DNA from: Candidatus Brocadiaceae bacterium
GTDB taxonomy: Bacteria; Planctomycetota; Brocadiia; Brocadiales; Brocadiaceae
NCBI GenBank assembly: GCA_015661205.1
Contig: JACVXV010000012.1
Span: 1 to 29,404 of the forward strand
DNA length: 29,404 nt
Direction of reading: 5' to 3'
The position numbers and the translations under genes are program-made. This document shows, in pieces, positions 24,701 to 29,404 of the stretch. The notes beneath the pieces are model-generated. The model was not told where the DNA came from, made no database searches, and saw only the letters and a list, made by a program, of their open reading frames with translations. Every line of letters starts with the position of its first letter. Within the stretch, counting starts at the first letter, position 1.

Positions 24701-25483
24701 CCCAAACAGACGGCAATGCAAACACTGAAAGCCCTGAATGCGCTTCAGAATGAAATCGTTAATCCATTCAAGGTACTGGCGGTTCTTCAGACCCATATTC
24801 CGAAAAAACTTCTGGAAGAACACTATGCAGAACAGAACCCTGTGGTATTTGGCAAGCGGGAAGTTATACTCTCATTATATTTAGCAGGAAAACCCTGTCA
24901 GGGTTATTGGAGAAAGGCAATGAGCACAACAGCCACGCCGTTGTTACCAGGGAACTGGTATCATATTTATAATCGGGGTATCAATGGCGAAACTCTTTAC
25001 CACACTGATGCAAACTACCAATACTTTCTGCACTTGCTCGCCAAATATGTTTTCCACACAGCAAAAGTCTATGCGTATTGTCTTATGAAGAACCATTTTC
25101 ATTTGTTGGTTTCTATTCGTGATGATACAAAAAGAAAGCCACATCTCTATTTTTCAGACATGTTTAACAGCTATACCCAAGGGCTTAACAAACAACTGGG
25201 ACGGACGGGAAGTCTCTTCGAACGCCCCTTTCGCCGTAAGGTGATTTCATCTGAAAATCAGCGAGTTCAGGTAACTTTCTATATACACAATAATCCCCGG
25301 CATCATGGCATAATGAATGACTTTGCTGAGTACCCGTACTCCTCATACAGGGCTGTGCTGTCGAACGCACCAACGAAAATAGAGCGCGAAGCAGTGCTTT
25401 CGTGGTTTGGTGGGCGTGATGGTTTCTTGGCATATCATAGCATTGGTTGCGATGACATTTCAGATAATCTAATATTGGAGTAA
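21701..25483 (+). CDS. PLD(HKD)-nuclease / SNF2-family helicase, read through in frame into a RAYT-like HUH transposase domain
   Basis: The N-terminal HKD motif is NIHAKVYIM...GRVITGSSNFTQSG. Helicase motifs are I (VGLGKTY), II (IIVDEAHRFR), III (LVTATPYNN) and the C-terminal lobe (LVTTEVLAEGVNLH, PWNPTRMMQRVGRVNRV). The last 187 codons are a Y1/HUH transposase (see the mobile element feature). Confidence 0.85.
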   Translation: MNSDLTFITNEENRSLLERFRILIKDTRLFDVLVGYFYTSGFHALYKSLENTEKIRILVGINTNKQTVELIQKAKVEQPTLQYSHAEVKEQLEVSVTKEIEDSEDSPAVEEGILKFIEWLKSGKLEIRAYPTENIHAKVYIMTFVEGDRDIGRVITGSSNFTQSGLIDNFEFNVELKNRADYEFALQKFNELWKDAVDVKERYIDTIQIKTWLNNTITPYELYLKFLYEYFKEELNQADEVFLNYLPQEFKKLAYQEQAVLNAKKILLEYGGVFISDVVGLGKTYISAMLAGQLDGRTLVIAPPVLLERSNPGSWTNVFSDFKVPADFESLGKLDDLINRGTEKYTNIIVDEAHRFRTETTITYEKLAEICRGKRVVLVTATPYNNAPKDILSLLKLFQKARKSTIPNLPDMEGFFNNLDKKLKKLDRQKDYVKYISTVKENALELREKVLKYLMVRRTRTEIEKYFGEDIKSQNLKFPDVEKPVPLFYELNDTEDEVFNKTIELIAQKFKYARYMPMIYYEGKVDQLEKQSQRNMGKFMKILLVKRLESSFFAFKNSVDRFLRSYEMFIKELDNGNVYVSKKHSHKIFELLESDDDEAVQRLIDEGKAERYVSTEFREALRNDLQHDHDILLEIKKLWHHIDRDPKLLKFLAELSKNPVLKANHLIIFTESKETANYLFKNISQHYPGKVLCFTGDSGEATRDMVIENFDARSRHPKEDYRILVTTEVLAEGVNLHRSNTVINYDIPWNPTRMMQRVGRVNRVDTSFETIHTFNFFPTKQSNDQIKLKEAAEAKINAFLTLLGGDAELLTEGEPIGSHELFNRLISKQTLEGEESAVESELKYLHIIKEIRDKSPDLFETIKRLPKKARTAKTLTGFSTLSGLITYFRRGKLQKFFETKHEGGAEEMDFLTAAKLLESTPDTMKEKLPEQFYDLLDKNKEAFVLATTEEMPQQSYRGGRDSSANILKILKATIRNTQKLTEDQELYLKKVLIQLEEGGLPKQTAMQTLKALNALQNEIVNPFKVLAVLQTHIPKKLLEEHYAEQNPVVFGKREVILSLYLAGKPCQGYWRKAMSTTATPLLPGNWYHIYNRGINGETLYHTDANYQYFLHLLAKYVFHTAKVYAYCLMKNHFHLLVSIRDDTKRKPHLYFSDMFNSYTQGLNKQLGRTGSLFERPFRRKVISSENQRVQVTFYIHNNPRHHGIMNDFAEYPYSSYRAVLSNAPTKIEREAVLSWFGGRDGFLAYHSIGCDDISDNLILE
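24319..24351. repeat. REP-like hairpin dimer copy 1 (inside the helicase ORF, in frame)
   Basis: Sequence is AACCCTGACAGGGTT-ctc-AACCCTGTCAGGGTT, translated as TLTGFSTLSGL. Confidence 0.85.
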
Positions 25484-25530
25484 CTTTACCGTCCGTTAAC
25501 CCTGACAGGGTTTGAAACCCTGTCAGGGTT
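24891..25530 (+). mobile_element. REPtron-like unit: REP half-site, RAYT-type HUH/Y1 transposase ORF (24920-25483), REP dimer
   Basis: AACCCTGTCAGGGTT sits at 24891-24905, GGAGA at 24913-24917 and an ATG at 24920. The protein has NWYHIYNRG, the HUH motif NHFHLLV and the Tyr motif FYIHNNPRHHG, and is 187 aa long. A REP dimer follows at 25498-25530, 15 nt after the stop. Confidence 0.65.
25498..25530. repeat. REP-like hairpin dimer copy 3 (intergenic)
   Basis: Sequence is AACCCTGACAGGGTT-tga-AACCCTGTCAGGGTT, with perfect 15-nt arms. Confidence 0.85.
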
Positions 25531-25550
25531 CAACAGGAATAAAAAATACT

Positions 25551-26930
25551 ATGGATAAACATCAAGCTCAAAACATTATCAGAGAAACCTTTGAAAACTC
25601 TTTTGATAAAGAGAGGTTTGTCGGTTTTATTAAAAACCTTTTAAAACGTATCGAAGAAGATCGTATCCCGCAGCGGCAGGGACAATTCATCCCTGAAGCT
25701 TACAGACAATATATCAGCACACTTGAAAGAATAGGTAAATTCAATGACGGTGAAAACAGAATTGATATCCTTATCATCAAACTCCAAAAAGAGACCTCCC
25801 TTGAACGCGCCCGCACCATGCAGAGAAACTTTGTTGCTGGATATTTACAGGGCAAATACGGTAGTTCAAATGAAAAAGAAGCGGCGCTTGTTGCCTTTGT
25901 ATCGCCCGATGAGAAAGACTGGCGGTTTTCACTGGTAAAGATGGACTACAAGTTTGAACAGACTCAAACTGGCATAATGAAGGTAAAAGACGAATTCACG
26001 CCTGCGCGGAGATGGTCGTTCCTTGTGGGTAAAAATGAAACCAGTCACACTGCCCAGAACAGACTGGTTAACATGCTGGCAAATGACGAACACAGTCCAA
26101 CCCTTGCCGAACTGGAACAGGCATTTGACATTGAAACCGTTACCAAAGAATTTTTCATTAAATACCGTGAGCTTTTTATCCGCACAAAAGAGGAACTGGA
26201 CAAAGTGGTAGAAAACGATGCGAAAATCAAAGCAGATTTTGAGGCAAAAAGTGTAAACGTCGTTGACTTTGCCAAAAAACTTCTTGGACAGATTGTATTC
26301 TTATATTTCCTGCAAAAAAAAGGGTGGTTTGGCGTTGGGCGTGATGCCGAATGGGGCACTGGCTCTAAACACTTTTTGCGTGAACTCTTTGGGAAAAGGC
26401 ACGGCGACTATAAAAATTTCTTCAATGACATTCTGGAACCACTCTTTTATGAAGCTTTGCGTAATGACCGCAGTCATGATGACCACTATTACAGCCAATT
26501 TAACTGCAAAATCCCGTTCTTAAACGGCGGTCTTTTTGATCCCATTGGCAATAACGGTGGATATGATTGGATTAAAACTGATATTCATCTGCCGGACAGC
26601 CTGTTCTCTAATAAAAATAAAACCAAAGAAGGCGATGAGGGCGATGGCATTCTGGATATTTTTGACCGCTACAACTTTACCGTCAGAGAAGACGAGCCGC
26701 TGGAAAAGGAAGTTGCCATTGACCCCGAACTTCTGGGCAAGGCGTATGAAAAGTTCAATGCCATCCGCCCTGACAACTTTGAGGAATATAAAAAGGCATT
26801 AAAGAGCGGGAAAAAAGGTGAAGAAAGCAAATTCAACAAGCAATACGGCGTTTACTACGCCCCCCGTGAGATTGTCCACTATATGTGCCAGCAGATACCT
26901 GCACACAGAATTGATCACTCCCCACCCTGA
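25551..26930 (+). CDS. Eco57I/PglX-like N6-adenine methyltransferase, N-terminal fragment (ends in a stop inside a REP copy)
   Basis: The ATG at 25551 (MDKHQAQNIIRETF) lies just after the REP dimer. The fragment contains FLYFLQKKGW, NGGLFD and the conserved YYAPREIVHYMCQQ block. Its TGA at 26928-26930 is the ctGAca of the REP arm. Confidence 0.75.
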   Translation: MDKHQAQNIIRETFENSFDKERFVGFIKNLLKRIEEDRIPQRQGQFIPEAYRQYISTLERIGKFNDGENRIDILIIKLQKETSLERARTMQRNFVAGYLQGKYGSSNEKEAALVAFVSPDEKDWRFSLVKMDYKFEQTQTGIMKVKDEFTPARRWSFLVGKNETSHTAQNRLVNMLANDEHSPTLAELEQAFDIETVTKEFFIKYRELFIRTKEELDKVVENDAKIKADFEAKSVNVVDFAKKLLGQIVFLYFLQKKGWFGVGRDAEWGTGSKHFLRELFGKRHGDYKNFFNDILEPLFYEALRNDRSHDDHYYSQFNCKIPFLNGGLFDPIGNNGGYDWIKTDIHLPDSLFSNKNKTKEGDEGDGILDIFDRYNFTVREDEPLEKEVAIDPELLGKAYEKFNAIRPDNFEEYKKALKSGKKGEESKFNKQYGVYYAPREIVHYMCQQIPAHRIDHSPP

Positions 26931-28977
26931 CAGGGTTCCAAACCCTGTCAGGGTAGAAGACATCAAGGCCCTGATACACCTCGGTGAACATATTAGCGAA
27001 AATGAAGAAATAGCGCTGATCAAAGGACGAAAAATTCTAGAGGGCAAAAAGAAATCTTCGGGTTACAAATCACAATTGCCCGAAATCATACGCAAGAATG
27101 CCGTATTAATTGATCAGAAACTGGCGGACATCACCGTCTGTGATCCGGCAGTTGGTTCCGGCGCATTTCCTGTGGGCATGATGAGCGAAATTGTAAAGGC
27201 AAGAAGTGTGCTAACGACCTTTATTGTAACTCAAGCGTCCCTGTCTGCATGTGGAGACGCACAGGCAGGCAGCTTGAGTCCAGAAACACTGACAGGGTTC
27301 CAAACCCTGTCAGTGCTAAGGTCAGACCCACCGAGAACAACCTATGATTTCAAACGGCAATGCATTGAAAAATCTCTTTACGGTGTGGATATTGACCCCG
27401 GCGCTGTGGAAATTGCAAAACTTCGGCTGTGGCTATCGCTTGTTGTAGATGAAGATGACATAAAGAACATCAAGCCCCTGCCCAATCTGGATTATAAAAT
27501 TGTCTGCGGGAATTCGTTGCTGGGAGTGGAGAAAAACCTGTTTAACGATCATCTTTTTTTAAAACTGGAAAAAATAAAACCGCTCTACTTCAACGAAACC
27601 AACCCTACAAAAAAGCAGGACTTTAAAAAGCAGATTGATGAACTGATAAGCCAGATTACCAATGGCCATAAAGAATTTGATTTTGAGATTTATTTTTCCG
27701 AAGTGTTTCATCATAAAAAAGGATTTGGCATTGTGATTGCCAACCCACCGTATATCAGGGCCGAAGAATTGGGTGATCTGAAAATACACCTTAAGGCTAC
27801 CTATTCCGTATTCGCCCCTGCCGGTGATATTTTCTCTTACTTTTACGAGAAGTCTTTTAATATTCTGAAAACTCAAGGTGTATTTTGCTTTATCAATAAT
27901 GCGTTTGATAAAACAACTGCTGGAAAAACTTTGCGGGATTACGTTGCGAAAAAATGTTCACTCAAGAAATATGTGGATTTTAAATCTGTCGTTGTTTTTG
28001 AGGGTACGATAACTTACCCTATAATTCTACTTGCAACGAAATCAATGCCTCAAGAGACATTTGAATATCTCAAAGTTACCGAAGACACACTCATGAAGTT
28101 TAATTTTGGTGGGGATATTGTTTATACACCTTTGCCAAGGTCGGCACTGAAGCAGTCTTCATGGAGTTTTGATCATCAGGGGCAAGCTGAGCTATCAGAA
28201 AAGATAGCTAAACATAAGAAGTTGAGAGAAGTATTTGGAAAGTGTTATCGCGGTATTATTACCGGCATAAATGATGCCTTTATAGTAGAAAAAGATTTAG
28301 GCAACATCAAACACTTAAAACCTGTTTTTGAGGGTAAGGACATCAAGAAATGGTTAACACCAGCCATTGGCAAGAAAATGATTGTCTTTGAGAATAAGTC
28401 AACGCGCACGGTTTATAACGGGCAAAACGAAGCGAAAGCGTTTAAAGCTATTCAGGTGGCTTTTCCAGAAATCATGAATCATCTTGAACCCTTTGCCGAA
28501 GCAGCTAAAAAGCGATATGACAAGGGTGAATACTGGTGGGAACTTAGAAACTGTGCTTATTACGACCTTTTTGGAAGACCAAAGATAATTTTTCCCAATC
28601 TTCAAAGCACCAATAAGTTTGCTTATGATACGAGCGGAACGTACCTCAATGCCCCGGCGGTTTTCTTACCGACAGATGCAAAATGGTTATTGGGTCTTCT
28701 AAACTCAAAAGTGGTCTGGTATTTCTTGAAGACAATTTGTGTTGTTAGAAACGGTGGATTTATTGAGGTAAAACCTCAATATTTCGAGCAAATTTCAATA
28801 CCATCCCTCAAAGACACGGATAAGAAACAACTAGATTCTCTCGTTGACCAAATCCTCACTGCAAAACAAAACGTTCCCGATGCCAACACGTCGGCGCTGG
28901 AAAAACAGATTGACCAGATGGTTTACAAACTTTACGACCTCACGCCTGATGAGATTGAAATTGTGGAGGGCAAATAA
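26818..28977 (+). CDS. Eco57I/PglX-like N6-adenine methyltransferase, C-terminal fragment (catalytic motifs plus target-recognition domain) in the +1 frame
   Basis: Motif I is VCDPAVGSGAFPVGM, followed by YGVDIDPGAVEIAKLRLWLSLV and motif IV VIANPPYIRAEEL. A TaqI/Eco57I-type C-terminal domain (YWWELRNCAYYDLFGRPKIIFPN, GGFIEVKPQYFEQISIP, LYDLTPDEIEIVEG) follows. The first ~25 codons of the track ORF overlap the upstream fragment and are probably not translated as such. Confidence 0.8.
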   Translation: MKKANSTSNTAFTTPPVRLSTICASRYLHTELITPHPDRVPNPVRVEDIKALIHLGEHISENEEIALIKGRKILEGKKKSSGYKSQLPEIIRKNAVLIDQKLADITVCDPAVGSGAFPVGMMSEIVKARSVLTTFIVTQASLSACGDAQAGSLSPETLTGFQTLSVLRSDPPRTTYDFKRQCIEKSLYGVDIDPGAVEIAKLRLWLSLVVDEDDIKNIKPLPNLDYKIVCGNSLLGVEKNLFNDHLFLKLEKIKPLYFNETNPTKKQDFKKQIDELISQITNGHKEFDFEIYFSEVFHHKKGFGIVIANPPYIRAEELGDLKIHLKATYSVFAPAGDIFSYFYEKSFNILKTQGVFCFINNAFDKTTAGKTLRDYVAKKCSLKKYVDFKSVVVFEGTITYPIILLATKSMPQETFEYLKVTEDTLMKFNFGGDIVYTPLPRSALKQSSWSFDHQGQAELSEKIAKHKKLREVFGKCYRGIITGINDAFIVEKDLGNIKHLKPVFEGKDIKKWLTPAIGKKMIVFENKSTRTVYNGQNEAKAFKAIQVAFPEIMNHLEPFAEAAKKRYDKGEYWWELRNCAYYDLFGRPKIIFPNLQSTNKFAYDTSGTYLNAPAVFLPTDAKWLLGLLNSKVVWYFLKTICVVRNGGFIEVKPQYFEQISIPSLKDTDKKQLDSLVDQILTAKQNVPDANTSALEKQIDQMVYKLYDLTPDEIEIVEGK
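26924..26954. repeat. REP-like hairpin dimer copy 4 (at the break between the two MTase fragments)
   Basis: Sequence is ACCCTGACAGGGTT-cca-AACCCTGTCAGGGT. It reads HPDRVPNPVRV in the downstream frame and gives a TGA stop in the upstream frame. Confidence 0.85.
27230..27278. repeat. Second, unrelated imperfect palindrome immediately 5' of REP copy 5
   Basis: CTCAAGC-gtccctgtctgc...gcacaggcaggca-GCTTGAG has perfect outer 7-nt arms and imperfect inner arms. It lies inside the MTase ORF. Confidence 0.4.
27287..27315. repeat. REP-like hairpin dimer copy 5 (degenerate, inside the MTase ORF, in frame)
   Basis: Sequence is CACTGACAGGGTT-cca-AACCCTGTCAGTG, translated as TLTGFQTLSVL. Compensatory changes (CC to CA, GG to TG) keep the arms complementary. 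Confidence 0.8.
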
Positions 28978-29044
28978 ACAGGTATGATTTATCATGTTGA
29001 CATAACAAGTGATGGTCATTCCACTTTTGTTAGAGGATTACTTC

Positions 29045-29404
29045 ATGACCAATAATACAGATAGTCCCATGCTTGAATCTGCATATAAATCTGTTCAGGA
29101 CTGCTTCGCTTCGGCCCCCGTCATTGTATTGGGGAGTGGCCACTCATGTGCTTTTGATATCCCTGGCATGCCACAACTCACGGACTATATACGTTCTGAA
29201 GTTCCCAGAGAAGTAGCACCTAATGACAATCAAACGTGGAAGACATTTGAGGAAAAGCTCCAGAGTCTATCTCTTGAGGCTGCGCTCCGCGAAATCCAGT
29301 TAAGCCAGCGGCTAACTAATCTCATAACCCAAGTTCAACAAATTCGTCACAAAAAAGGTAAAAAACGAGCAAAAAACGGGTATGCAAAAGTCATAACCCC
29401 TTGA
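29045..29404 (+). CDS. Hypothetical protein with a weakly SIR2-like N-terminal pattern
   Basis: AGAGGA lies 7 nt upstream of the ATG at 29045. VIVLGSGHSCAFDIPGMPQLTDYI loosely fits the G-x-G-x-S...G-x-P...L pattern of SIR2_2-type defence proteins. The ORF stops exactly at the window end after a Lys-rich tail, so it may be truncated or frameshifted. Confidence 0.3.
   Translation: MTNNTDSPMLESAYKSVQDCFASAPVIVLGSGHSCAFDIPGMPQLTDYIRSEVPREVAPNDNQTWKTFEEKLQSLSLEAALREIQLSQRLTNLITQVQQIRHKKGKKRAKNGYAKVITP

Noticed and set aside
25512-25550. The track start at 25512 for the MTase ORF (MKPCQGSTGIKNT...)
   Set aside because: These first 13 codons are the translated REP dimer. The ATG at 25551 (MDKHQAQNII...) is the more plausible start.
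24319-27315. Whether the five repeats could be a CRISPR array
   Set aside because: Spacing is irregular (540 to 1400 nt). Each unit is a self-complementary dimer, the copies lie inside ORFs, and no cas genes are present. They fit a REP/RAYT element instead.

Overview
This 29.4-kb bacterial chromosomal window alternates between conserved housekeeping blocks and accessory cassettes that look more AT-rich by eye (not computed). (1) 249-5557, minus strand: flagellar rod genes flgB-flgC-fliE. Upstream of them lies an operon encoding a secreted PQ-repeat/TPR protein, a cytoplasmic PAS histidine kinase and an NtrC-family sigma54 activator. Two similar -24/-12 promoter candidates sit in front of the two transcription units. 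(2) 5973-10308: a sulfotransferase gene and a membrane-anchored LtaS/sulfatase-family gene, bracketed by a ~240-bp direct duplication of the 3' end of ogt (one intact gene, one frameshifted relic). (3) 11717-15906 plus 20360-21595: tRNA-Ala(CGC), then a lipid/polyketide-type cluster of acpS with an odd C-terminal tail, a B12-binding radical SAM enzyme, an active ketosynthase, and a ketosynthase paralog that has lost the whole Cys-His-His triad. (4) The two ketosynthase genes are separated by a defence island at 15907-20359: a NotI-family nuclease, a Dam-like N6A methyltransferase and an AIPR abortive-infection protein. A duplicated relic of the second KS gene's 5' end lies at the island's right edge. 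(5) 21701-29404: a PLD(HKD)-SNF2 helicase, an Eco57I-family N6A methyltransferase/TRD split over two reading frames, and a short ORF with a weak SIR2-like N-terminal pattern. This locus carries a REP-like palindrome family (five copies, three inside ORFs and in frame) and a RAYT-type HUH transposase whose ORF is fused in frame to the helicase. This last locus is my best candidate for an undescribed or poorly described system. No rRNA, CRISPR array, integrase or classical IS was seen. Taxonomy is a low-confidence guess: Planctomycetota, possibly anammox-like.
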